NCBI RefSeq assembly: GCF_000981445.1
Contig: NC_027216.1
Coordinates: forward strand, 744,001-808,000
Source of the DNA: Babesia bigemina
Taxonomy: Eukaryota
Direction of reading: 5' to 3'
DNA length: 64,000 nucleotides
The position numbers and the translations under genes were made by a program. The notes under the pieces are model-generated. The model worked only from the letters and a program-made list of their open reading frames with translations, did no database searches and was not told the DNA's origin. Of the stretch, positions 1 through 11,643 are shown piece after piece; position 1 is the stretch's first letter; each line of letters begins with the position of its first letter.

Positions 1-2065
1 CGTTCTTTATCAAAATCCCGAAAATGCGCCGCACAGTTTCTACGTGGTTTAATTTAGGGTCTATATCTAGAACAATGAATCTTGGAATTCCTGAGCCAAG
101 CGCCTTGCTCGAGATTCCACGACCGATGCTGCACAGCTTCTCGATGGCGGCGTCCGGTTCGTGCCCGGTGATCCTCACGGCCAAGTCAGCGATCTTGTCC
201 GTGAAATCTATTCGTGAGTCAGCGTGCGGGTAGTTCGGGTACGATTGGGATTTTTGGAATTCCTCCAGCTTCAAAAGGTCAACCACACCAATGGCGAACT
301 TTATGGGCTGCTCCTGCAGCTGATCCACCGGCGCCAGCACTTGGAACCCGCCCTCTATGAGCTCCTTCAGCACTCGCTGCCCATTTGAGTCGTGGAACAT
401 GGGAGTGTCCTCCATGTACACGAAATCTACGGATTTCAACCCACGATGGGGTAGTCCGTCCTGCATGACGACGTTGAGGGCCTTATACAGTGTCACTGGG
501 TCAGCGAGATCCTCGTGCGTTACAAAGCAGCCCACAGAACCGTCTGGATTCAGTATGGTGCTTTTGCCTTCCTCAAATTTCAAAATGGAATCGCCGAATT
601 CGAGGTCTCTGCGGGCGATGTTGTTGAAGTCCCTGAAGTCCTCCCGCATAACTGCTCTTTTGGTTTCCGATTTGGTGTTCTGCTGCAAGCTTTCGACATA
701 ATTGACCAGCTTCCTAGCCGGCGCTAATTCCAGCCAGGGGTCTTCAGTCAGCGACATCCTTATGGTGTCACCAATGCCATCCAGAAGCAGCGCCCCGATT
801 CCCAGTGAGCTCTTGATGCGGCCGTCGTCAACTGCAAAAATAGATGATAACACTTATCAGATGTGGGTGTAAAAATGGAACGTGGCACATATTTGCGTCA
901 ATGTTTTCACGATACGCTCAACAGAGAGGCTGCCTTACCTGACCCTGCCTCCGTCACGCCGAGGTGTATGGGGTAATTCCAGCCACGCTTGTACATTTCG
1001 TTCACCAAAAGGCGGTACGCGTGCACCATGACGAAAGAGTTGGACGATTTCATGGAAAACACCATGTCGTGGAAGTCGTTTTTCACGCAGATATCGGCGA
1101 ACTCCATGGCGGACATCACCATGCCCTTGGGGGAGTCGCCGTAGTAACTCATTATGCGCGACGACAGGGAGCCATGGTTGGTGCCAATCCTAATGGCGCG
1201 CTTCAGCAGCTTGCACTTTTCTACGAGTGGAGTGAAAACTTCCTCAATCTTTTTCGCCCCCTCCTTAAACTCAGCTTCGGTCTCGTAAACCTTCTCGTCC
1301 CAATCCTTCCTCCCATCCACATAGTTACCTGGATTCACCCGTACTTTGTCGAACGTCTCGGCAGCCATGAGGGCCACCTGCGCAAAGTCAAACGTGGCAT
1401 TCAGGAAGGTCGGAGCCTACCTTGGGACTGAAGTGGATGTCGGCCACTAGCGGGATGTGGCAACCTTTTGCCAGCAGCTTCTCCTTGATGATCACTGACG
1501 CTCTGGCTTCTCTGGGTGATTGCACGGTGAGTCGCACCAATGCGGCACCGTACTGCTGGCATCGGATAATCTGCCGGTTGTTGGAGAAGTACGCGATAGA
1601 CATTTACCTGATCCACAGTTGCTTCAACATCGTTGGTGTCGCTCGACGTCATCGTTTGCAGTGCGATAGGGTTGCCTCCTCCGATGGTCACGTTGCCTAC
1701 CTTGACGGCCCGTGTCGGGAAGCGCACCCTTTCAGTGACAGACTCGCAGTAAACATTGTCACTGACTGCAACTAGATGATACTACGAAACTGAGCTCGCT
1801 TACAAGGTGCGGACTTGGTGGAAGCAGCCGCTCGGAGGGAGTTACGTGACCTTCCATCGGCTGCACCTGCGATATCAGCGCTAGACAGCGACCTTCCTCC
1901 GTCAACGTGCTGCAAAATAGATGAGACATTCCATATGGTTCGATGTCTAACCTTCTGCGATGGCGTCAGCGAGACGAAGGTCAGAGCTGATTCGCCACGG
2001 CGCAGCGCTTCTACGGTAGTTAGGGCAGCTGCAGCCACATAAACTACTAAGTGCCATATACCCAT
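1..2065 (-). CDS. ispG: HMBPP synthase (IspG/GcpE) with apicoplast-type leader; multi-exon, 3' end runs off the window
   Basis: Motifs TRAVKVGNVTIGGGNPIALQTMT, IPLVADIHF, KVRVNPGN, AIRIGTNHGSLS, YPIHLGVTEAG, GIGDTIRMSLTEDP across exons; N-terminal hydrophobic signal (MGIWHLVVYVAAAALTTVEA) followed by an S/R-rich transit-like stretch. Confidence 0.95.
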
Positions 2066-2187
2066 TACATTATTTAAATTAAACTTCAAAAATGTCCTTA
2101 GTGCGCCGCGGAAGCAGCGCTACGGGAGCCACATATTAGGGAGTGCAGGGACTACACATCAAAATCAAACTTTACATTTTGGGGGCT

Positions 2188-4005
2188 TTACTTGCACATC
2201 TCAAGTAAGCTGTCCAGTGTGTGGGATTTGGGACGCTCGATGGGCATTTTCAGGGCACGCGCCCACACCAGCTGCGCCAATATACCGATGGCCCTCGATA
2301 TGCCGAAGAAGACGGTGTACATGTCAGGCTCCTTAATGCCGAAGTGGGACAGGATGATGCCGGTGGAGCAGTCGACGTTTGGATGCGGGCTCTTGATCTT
2401 TCCGGTCGCCATAAGCACGGGCGGGATCGCCTCAAGGCAGACGTCGAGGATCTTGACGAGCGGGTCATCGGGGAAATGCTTGTGCGCGAACTTCACAAAC
2501 GCTGTGTGACGGGGGTCCTCCACACGGAGCACCGCATGCCCGTAACCGGGGATCACCTGCCCCTTAGCCAGAGTATCCTTGGCGAATTTGGTCACGGTCT
2601 CAACGTTGATTTCCTGACCGCGCATCTCCTTCACCATGTTGTTCACCCACGAAAGGCACTCCTGGTTCGCCAGCCCGTGTAATGGGCCAGACAATCCGGT
2701 GAGTGCGCCGGCGAAGCAGAAATAGGGGTCTGCCAACGCAGAGCCGATCAGGTGGGCGGTGTGCGCGGAAACGTTCCCACCCTCATGGTCCGCATGCACC
2801 GCAATGTATAGACGCATCATGTCCCTGAACTCCGGGGTATCGATTCCGATCAATTTCGCCAGGTTCGCGGCGTAGTCGAGCTCGGGGTCATAGGTCATCC
2901 CCTTGCCGTCCTTGATGGTGTGGTCGACGAACGTTCTCCTGTAGATGTAGCCGACAATCAAAGGATTCGCGGCAATCAGATTCAAAGAATCGTCCAAAAC
3001 AAGCCTCCAGGCTGTTTCCTTGCAGTACTTCTTCTCGTTGTAGACCTTGCGGAATTTGGATTCCGACTGCAGGGCCGCCACGGCCGCCACGTACTGGGTC
3101 ATGGGATGGACGTCAGTCGGCAGCTGGTCGATCACCTTAAATACGTGCATGGGCACATAGGCGCGCCTGCCAAGCTCGGCCGAGAGAGTCTTGGTCTCGC
3201 TGGCGGCGGGGATCTTCCCGGTCAGGAGTAGCCACATCACCCCCTCGGAATACGGGCAATTGTTCCCCTCCGTTGCGCCAGGCAACTTCTCAAGCAGCTC
3301 CGCAATGGTCAGGCCACGATAGGTGATGCCGCGGTTGGCGTCCAGCAAAGAAGTTTCGCAGTTCATGCCGATGATGTCGCGCATGCCGCCCAAAACTTGC
3401 GAAACCGTAATCTCGCCAACGGTGACTTTTCCGAACTCCTTACGCAGCGTCACGAGCTGCTCCGACTTCACGCGCAACAACTCCTCGATTTTGGAGCATA
3501 GCGCGGTAATACCGGGACCGCACTCCACATTGTCTGCAGCAGCCGCATGGGTGGCGAAACTATAAGCATGGCGTAGCCTCAGCGCGTCGTTCAGCGCTGG
3601 ACGTTTCGACGGGTGCATTCCCGTCATGCGCGCGAGCGGGTATCCACAAGAGCTGATTGACGCTGCTGGGAGCGCGTCAACCGCTTTCGTGACCCGCTCG
3701 CACCGTGTGCCTTCTGACCCAGCAGTAAGGGCCGACGAGGAGGATTCCTCACGCCGCGTTGTTAAAAGCATGTCTTTTATAGTGCAACTGCGCAGATTCA
3801 CAACCGCAGGCGTACCATCTTTACACTCCGAAAAAGCGCTGCCACGCAGCACGCTGCTCACGCGGTTCGCGTGGTAGTGGCGACCCGATTCACTCCCATT
3901 GCAGGGAATCCCGCGTCGGAAGTGCGCCCTCGCACTCCCGATGACGTAGGAGTTAAAATTTTTAGAGCTTATCGACAGGCGCAAAACTTCACCGATCATG
4001 GTCAT
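2188..4005 (-). CDS. CS: Citrate synthase, mitochondrial type, with long N-terminal extension
   Basis: Single ORF with HADHEGGNVSAH, GLSGPLHGLANQE, IPGYGHAVLR, PNVD, IERPKS motifs; first ATG at 4005 (true start uncertain). Confidence 0.95.
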   Translation of the reverse strand: MTMIGEVLRLSISSKNFNSYVIGSARAHFRRGIPCNGSESGRHYHANRVSSVLRGSAFSECKDGTPAVVNLRSCTIKDMLLTTRREESSSSALTAGSEGTRCERVTKAVDALPAASISSCGYPLARMTGMHPSKRPALNDALRLRHAYSFATHAAAADNVECGPGITALCSKIEELLRVKSEQLVTLRKEFGKVTVGEITVSQVLGGMRDIIGMNCETSLLDANRGITYRGLTIAELLEKLPGATEGNNCPYSEGVMWLLLTGKIPAASETKTLSAELGRRAYVPMHVFKVIDQLPTDVHPMTQYVAAVAALQSESKFRKVYNEKKYCKETAWRLVLDDSLNLIAANPLIVGYIYRRTFVDHTIKDGKGMTYDPELDYAANLAKLIGIDTPEFRDMMRLYIAVHADHEGGNVSAHTAHLIGSALADPYFCFAGALTGLSGPLHGLANQECLSWVNNMVKEMRGQEINVETVTKFAKDTLAKGQVIPGYGHAVLRVEDPRHTAFVKFAHKHFPDDPLVKILDVCLEAIPPVLMATGKIKSPHPNVDCSTGIILSHFGIKEPDMYTVFFGISRAIGILAQLVWARALKMPIERPKSHTLDSLLEMCK

Positions 4006-4270
4006 ACTCGGCAACTCGACAGCAGTGTGTAAACCGACGATACGACGCACCTATTCCGCGAAATATACATGTATAATATGCAAAAGCGTTTATTTCATGG
4101 GTTATTCGTCAAAAGTGCAGAATAATACTAGCACGTTCCGTCCGCCGCCACACTACAAGGTACAGGCGCGCAGCTGGGCTTCACCAAACACGGTTATCAT
4201 ACACAAAACGGCACAGACAACATACACACGTTTAAAATGTGGCTGGTAGTTGGTCTCACGGTGGCGCCGA

Positions 4271-5181
4271 CTACTTTTTGGCCCTCAGATTATTGATGCG
4301 GCTCTCGATGCTATCCGGATCGTCCGACGTGGCGCGGGGTGAGTCGTGCACTTCATTCTTTGCGCCCACACTTTCCGCCTGGACCGGAACCGTGGCACCC
4401 GACTCTTGCATGGTCGACGCATTCACTGACGGGATAGAGGCGGATGCGTCGATTCCCAGCTCCTCCAGAATCTGGGAAATGATCTTCTCCTCTTCGTCAA
4501 CACTGTCGACATCTGCACACAAGATGAAATTTATAGCATAGATCAAATGGTTAGATAACACGAAATGAGGCTTAAAATGAAAGGGTCACGTAGAGTTAAT
4601 GATGCCACAAAAGCAGTGTCACGTAGCATGAAATCCCGCATAGAATGAAGCTTGTCACGTAAAACGGGACATCCTACACATAACACCAGAATATGGGCAT
4701 TGCTGGATGCTCTTTCACAACATGTAAGCTTACCCATTAGCGAGTTGTCCAAAGTCTCCGCCATGACGTCGAGCTTGAGGTTGATGACTTCGCTCTCCTT
4801 CCCCAGTGACTGAATGATTGTTTGGAATTCCGCTATGTCGGTCTTGTTGCTGACTTTCGCAATGAGTTTGTTGACGTTCTTCAGGCTGGTGGCCATCATG
4901 TTCGTGCTTTGCGCGTTCTGGAGCTGACTCATGATGCCCCCCATCTGCGACTTCATGTTGGCGTAATGCAGCGCCAGCTTGCGGTTCCGCACGAGGTCCT
5001 TGGCCATGAGGCGGACGTTCTGCATCCGGCCATTTTTGGCCTCCGACTTCAGCTTCTGTACCAGGGACTTCTCCTCCCTTTCATACTTGAGACGCTGACG
5101 CTCAAGCTCCCTCGTGGCACGGTTGATCTCGTGCTTGGTCTCGCGCAGCCTATCGCTCAGGCTGCTCTGAAAGATCCCCAT
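4271..5181 (-). CDS. VPS2: ESCRT-III SNF7-family protein, Vps2/CHMP2-like; 2 exons (intron ~4513-4733)
   Basis: INRATRELERQR...KSEAKNGRMQNVRLMAKDLVRNR; acidic C-terminal exon ending DSIESRINNLRAKK (MIM-like); GTAAGC donor at 4733 and TGCAG acceptor at 4513. Confidence 0.88.
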
Positions 5182-6170
5182 TTGGCCGCTGGAAAAGCTC
5201 AGTGTGGACGTCCCGTCCGATGTCGCTTGGAGGCGGTAGCGCTCCCTGGCCGTAGTCCCCGCAGACTACAAGCTTAACTACCGGCGACACGACCTGTCAG
5301 TAATGTGGCGGTAGTCATCTCAAACCAAAATTTACCTTGACACCGAACGACTGTAGTTTAGATATCTGCTCCGCCGTAACTGGATGCTGGTACATTAAGG
5401 GGTTCATACACGGATAAACCCATAACGGCTTCCTAAAGTCCCAGCATCGGGCCACATCAGTCTGACAGCAACGTGTATCACGAACACGCCGCTATTACCA
5501 GCAGATTGTCGCAGAGACCGTTAGCGATCTTGGCGAGCGTATTGCAATCCAGTGGGCATATGACGAAGAGGTCTGCCCAGCGCCTCAGCTGAAAAAGGGT
5601 TATACGGCCGTCAACGATGCACAGGGTATTTTTTCAGGTGTTATTGCGTTGTGGCGATATTGGCTGATGCTGGTAAATAAGTCAAGTACTTGCCACCCTT
5701 TAGACACAAATATCCAACAGCCTCGCAGGTCGAGTAGACATTGGATGGCACGTGGATGTAGGACGATAATATATAGAGAAAACACAAAAACGGTCAACAC
5801 AGTGAATAGTGCGCGCAAAATCCGCTGCGAACCCGGCAGAAGCTCCGGATTGTTGCCGCAATTGGCTGCGCTCTGAAGCTTACCTCTATGTGAAGTATAG
5901 GGTCTCCTCGTGTATACGGCGACTCGATATCGTCGTCGGTGAGTATCTCGCAGCCACTGGTTTCGATGGACTGCTTGAACAGCTTTATAGCGGACTGAGT
6001 GGCAACGACTCTGATCTGGTACACGCCTGTCTCTTGGCAAAAGCGGAGCTTACCTCCACTCTCTGCGCGTTTTGCGCCGCGCGCTGTTTGATATCGTCTA
6101 TAATTTCAGATAGTTTTATAGCAGCCACGCTGCCGGTAACGCCAATCAACAAGTTGCGGTGCTCTGCCAT
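5150..6170 (-). CDS. PPCDC: Phosphopantothenoylcysteine decarboxylase (HFCD flavoprotein); 5 exons
   Basis: LLIGVTGSVAAIK, PILHIE|LRRWAD, PLDCNTLAKIANGLCDNLL, PCMNPLMYQHP, CGDYGQGAL. Exons 6170-6054, 6015-5884, 5588-5499, 5461-5336, 5293-5150 with GT-AG introns. Confidence 0.9.
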
Positions 6171-6503
6171 GAGATTCCCCCCAAGGAGCGCAGCGTGTCT
6201 TTGCTAACGCAGCGGCGCGAAGGTCGGACTATACCTACGTAGTTATATTACTGGGAGCGTATTTATTGCTGTGCGCACGAATGTGTTAACCGCGCTGAGC
6301 GCCGAATCGCATTCCAGGCCCTCAGCCTTCCACCCTTCGCGTCGGATGGTGGAGCGTTGGTCATCCAACTTGTAAGCACACCCCTCACATACGCGGGCGC
6401 AGCGGTACTCTGCAGGGTGTATAAGCGCGCTTTCTGCGGATATCGTGGATTCCACCGCGTTGGCAAGGCCGAAATGGGCGGGATTCGATAGGTGGCACAT
6501 ACG

Positions 6504-9500
6504 ATGTTGCGGGAAGCGTCGACATCGGTCAGCCAGCAGATCCGGAACGATATAGAATGCCTCATAAAGCTCGAAGGCGTGTCGCTATATATCGTGGACC
6601 GAGGATTCTTATCGCAGGGCCCAGAGGAGGAGGAATCGGAACAGTCATCCATTGTGTTTGAGGCGTCTAGTGGTGGTAACGAAGCCGCTACGGCATGCCA
6701 GTTGCAGGTGGTAATCACGCTATCAGGCTGCATTCACAGCGTTAAACGCAACCGAGATACCGTCATCACGCTGGGAGTGGAGGTGCCGGTGGAGTTCCCG
6801 CAGGGCGACATCAGGGTTGAACTTATACAGATATCCAATGCCCAGAAAACGTTCGAGCGAACATGCATCAACCGGCTTCAAGCGCCTTCCTTGGAGGAAC
6901 GTAGTGATTCGTCGGAGGCTCTGGGGCTGCGTGACCGGATACTGTCATTCTACCGGTACCTTCAGGAGACTGTCAAGCAGGCAACAGTTGGAAGTAAGCG
7001 TGAGGGCAACGACGGCTCATTAACGCCGGGGGAGGGAAACACGTCATCGCACTACTGCAGCGATTCAAGCCTAAGCGATGAGTCGCGCGAGATTTTGTCG
7101 TCTGTCACTCCGTCTGAGAGCGTGAGCCTGCTGTCCGGACGTCGACACCTCGACGTCTATACGGGCACGCGGATCGAGTCAGCGAGGTTGCACAAACTGC
7201 TAGCGATGCACTCGCGGTACTACCGAGAGTTCGATCACCAGAAGGTGCTTGGCTCAGGCTCTTTCGGTTGCGTGACGAAGGTCTCTCGCAACGGGATCGC
7301 GTACGCCTTGAAGCAGATCCCAATCTACAAGAACCACGGGAGGACGCTGCATGAGGAAGCCGCGGTTCTGGCGAGCTTGCAGCATCGATATATCGTACGG
7401 TACTACGACGCGTGGGTCGAGGAGCCATATGACGTCATCATGTCAAAATTCGTAGGACCGGAACCCCGGCAGGGCAGCCACAGCCTGCAGTTCAGCTACG
7501 CTGGCAAGAACGTACATTCTCCACTCTTCGACAGTGGTTCCATCTCCCTCATGGGAGGTTTTAGAGTGCACTCTTCTTTGCAGCGCAAGATCAGACTGCA
7601 AAACCAGGTCAGCCGGGAGGTCAACAGCCACCGCAACTCCAAGGTACGGCACGTCAGTAGCAGCAGGCGGAAGTCGAAGCCGGTGAAGTACCTGTTCATA
7701 CTCATGGAGTACTGCGCGGAGGATACCCTCCTCAATGCGGTGTCGGACGGCCGCCTGCTGGGGAAGCCGCAGCTGGCGGTCGAGCTGTTACGGCAGATCC
7801 TTGAGGCGCTGAGCTACATCCACGAAAAACGGATTATTCACCGCGACGTGAAGCCTTCCAACATCTTCCTGAAATCGGAGGATGAAACGCTATCGATCAA
7901 GCTCGGCGACTTCGGACTGACGGCGAAGATGCGGACCGACCCGTCGTCCATGTCGACAGGCGTGAATCCCACTGGCGTGGTTGGCACGATCCACTACATG
8001 TCGCCGGAGCAGGAGCGCGGATGCCCCTACGACGAAAAGGTGGACATCTTCGCCGCGGGGGTGGTGTTTTTCGAGATGCTCTCGCCGCCGTTCAGCACGA
8101 CCATGGAGCGCTCGGAGGTGCTCTCGTCGTTCTCGACGACCGAGAAGAAGTGGCCGTCGGAGTTCCAGTCGCGCGTAGAGACACGCGTGTTCAAAGTGCT
8201 GGAGTCGATGCTCAGCGTGGACCCAACTAAACGGCCTTCCGCGAGCCAGCTGCTTCAGAGCGAGCTCTTCGCATGCTTCAAGCTGGACACGTGGACGTTG
8301 TACCAGGTGGTGTCCCAGTACCCGCATTCCATGGAGTCCACACAGCTGCTGGCCTCGATGTTTGGCCGCAACGAGACGGCGGATTCCACGTTCTCGTACT
8401 TCAATAGGCTGCCGGACGACTCGGCCAGTAGCAGCTACGTCAACGTGGAGCTGCTGCGGCGGTACTCGCAGGAGTTGGGGCGTAGGGGAGCGATACGCTT
8501 CGAAGCGCCCCTCTTTGTGGTGGCGAGTGCGGACGAGGACGACCCACAAAGTGAATTGGAATACCACCTGCTTCTCAACGACGGTCGGACGTGCCAGTTG
8601 CGGACCTGCATTCTGTCGGCACTGGCGGAGTACATCCCGCCGGTGTTTCTGATAGTGATGCGCCGTTGGTACTGGGGAAAGGCGTACACCAGGGACCCCG
8701 CGGGAGGACACCATCCGTGCGAGTCGTGGCGCTGCGCCTACAACATCATCGCAGACTACAGCATCCTGCTCCAGGAAATAGGGTCCTGCTCCGACGCCCT
8801 CGACACGTTCTTCACAGCCGAGCTCATATACACCGCAGTGCGGCCGCTCATTCGGTTTGTGCCGAGCTCAGTGACGGTGGAGTGGACATACGAGCACTTC
8901 GCGTGCCGGATACTAGAGGAAGGCGTGGGACTGCATGGCAGGTGGTTGGAGGGAGTGAGGCATTTGATTGTGGAGAACGCGAAGCGCACCAACGTGATGA
9001 AGCAGCGGCTGGCTGAATATCTGCGCGCCGTTTCCGTGCCAGGGTTCACTTCCGAGTCGCTGTGCAGTTGCGTCTCACAGATTGCCGCCCTGCTGTCCAC
9101 GGGAGTGGTGTCCCCCGTGGGTGACTACATGAACTCCATCGCACGCACGCTGCACAGTTTCGGGCGCGAGGTCATGCAGTTCAACGCCCTCGCCCGGCAT
9201 TTGCAGTCCATGGAGCGCTATCTCACCCTGAAGGACTGCGAGTTCGTGTTCGTCCCGTTGGGGTTCGCACCTTGGCACGAGAGCAAGTACACCAACTTCA
9301 GTTTCAACGTGAAGTACACGGTAGGTAAGCGGGTGTTCGACGGACTGGTGGGCGGAGGCTGCATCAACTCGTTGTTGCCGCAGCGCAAGGGCACAATATT
9401 CGGACCGCCGCAGCGGAACGCGTTTGGGTTCGAGGTGATACTGGACCCGCTAATATCGCACTTCCTCCAGCAGGAGGCGTCGATACTCGGGAAGAGCGGA

Positions 9501-9946
9501 ATGGTGGGACTGCAGTGCGGCTACCAGCTGTTCCCGCAGGTGCTCATATGCATTTCCATCCAGGACGTTGTGCACCGGGCCGTTTCACTGGAGCACGGCA
9601 TGTACAAGGCCGGCATCGTGGTGGAAAAGCAGCTCGGGTACCCCAGCAGCGTCCGCAAGCTGAGGAAGCACATCTCCGGCGGGCTACTGCCGCTGTCGAG
9701 GCTCGAGGTGCTCGTCATCGTCAAGCACTGGACAGGCAGCTCCGCCAGCGGGGCCGCAACGACGGAAACGGGCAAATTCGAGGCCACTTACCCGCCGACG
9801 GATGTACAGTACAAGCTTATTTTCGTCCACACGGGCAACGAAATGGTAAGTAGCATCACCCGTGTCTTGACGTTGCGCAGATTCTATGGGACGAGCGTGA
9901 GGTGTTGAACCAGGTGTGCCAGCATGTATACAGGCGCTACTTGTAA
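6504..9946 (+). CDS. eIF2-alpha kinase, GCN2-like (putative RWD-like N-terminus, kinase with insert, degenerate HisRS-like C-terminus)
   Basis: SRYYREF..LGSGSFGCV, YALKQI, HRYIVRYYDAWVE, long insert, YLFILMEYC, IIHRDVKPSNIF, KLGDFGL, GVVGTIHYMSPEQ; short intron ~9846-9880 then final exon to TAA at 9946. Confidence 0.88.
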
Positions 9947-9971
9947 TTTAATCTGCCACGTATAATACGCA

Positions 9972-11120
9972 ATGTTGGTACCTATAGATGACCCGCCGAC
10001 CGACGTGATATCGCGCGTCCTCTTCGGCCGCTCGCGCAATCACCTGTCGGTCGCCTCCTGGGACAAGGTCGGTTTGCGCCGCCCCGCCGACACACTTCGC
10101 AGACGCTGAGGCTCTACCACGTCGACGACGCGAACCGCGCACGTGTCTTGCGAAGATGCTCGTGGAACAGCCCGGTGCTCGACTGTGCCTTCCTGCAGGA
10201 CGACCGAAAGGTCGCCTTCGGAGATCTCGACAAGAAAGTGAACGTCTTTGACGTGGAAACCGGCAAGGTGGTCACGCTGGGCAGCCATAACGCCCCCGTG
10301 CGCTGCGTCCAGTACCACAACAGACTGAGTACGTTTCGGACGCTCGCCATCTCAGCGGTGCTCAGATGTCGTCATAAGCGGCGGCTGGGACAAGCGCCTG
10401 CGCGCATTCGACGTGCGCATTGCCGCCAAGAGGCCCGTCGCAGAGGTAGAAATATACGGCAAGGTGCACTGCATGGATCTGCTGAACAACACGCTGGTCG
10501 TCGGCGACTCCATGAAGCGGGTGGGTAGCAGATGCAACGATTCGAGCACGCCGCTCAGGTTTACATATACGACATATCGCGCGGATTCAGCGGGTTCGCG
10601 ACGCCGGAGACCAAAGAGTACGTTACGGCATCCATGGCCATAAGCGCATCGCAGCGGAGTCCTCAAGTTCCAGTTCCGCTCAATCAAATGCTTCCCCGAC
10701 AACCGCGGGTTCGCACTCGGCTCCATTGAAGGACGGGTGGCCTGGGAGTACTTCTCCAAGCTGCCTGAGTCCGTATCGCAGCAGTACGCATTCAAGTGCC
10801 ACCGCAAGAAGACCATGCCCGACTCAGACGTCGCCTACGCCGTGAACAGCATCGACTTCCACCCGCGGTACGGGACATTCGTGACTGGGGGCGCAGACGG
10901 GCTCGTGTGCGCCTGGGACGGCCTGAGCCGCAAGCGTCTGTGGAGGACCACCACCCTACCAACGTCAGTCTCCTCGGTCTCGTTCAACAACACCGGCGAA
11001 AAGCTGGCAATCGCAGTATCGGACATCTACCAGCTGGAGGGCGAGCCGGCGGCCCGGCCCTGTGTGTTGGTGCGCGGCATCAACAGCGACGAGTGCAAGC
11101 CGCGCAATTACGCGAAATAA
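9972..11120 (+). CDS. BUB3: Bub3/Rae1-family WD40 protein, most like mitotic checkpoint Bub3; multi-exon
   Basis: PPTDVISRV..F..VASWDK, GSIEGRVAWEY, YAFKCHR, AVNSIDFHPRYGTFVTGGADG, KLAIAVS. Confidence 0.8.
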
Positions 11121-11643
11121 CCGCATACCTGACCAGCAGGAGTCAGCGTGGCTGCAACATCGTAATTTGGAGCTACATGCCTTTTCATTTGCATGGCAGT
11201 TCGTGTTGCGACGGTATGGTGGCGAGTTGTTGTGTTCGCTGCCGAATAGCGTGGCGGATGGCCGATGCGCGGGTGGTGCCCATAGGGTCATCAGGCCGTG
11301 GATGAATCATCCGCGTCGCCGAGGTGTCGTGTGGCACCTATTTACGTGGTTGAGAATCTTTTATGGTCGTTTGGTGCTGCTGAATCGGCCTGCGCGCTAC
11401 GATCACGACACTTCAGATATAGGCACATCACTAGTGTTCTGATTACGTTCCATGCCAGGGAGCTTTGTGCAACGATGGAACGGTGGCCATTACGATGTGA
11501 ATAGGCAGAATCGGGCTACGCCACCTAAAAGCTGAATTTAAATTCTGTTCGCATTTTAAGGATGGCTGCGTTGAAAGTTGCGCGCTCCACGAGGTACGGC
11601 AGCTACGTTTCCGAGCCCCGGCAGCGACGCCAAGTGAGTGCCG

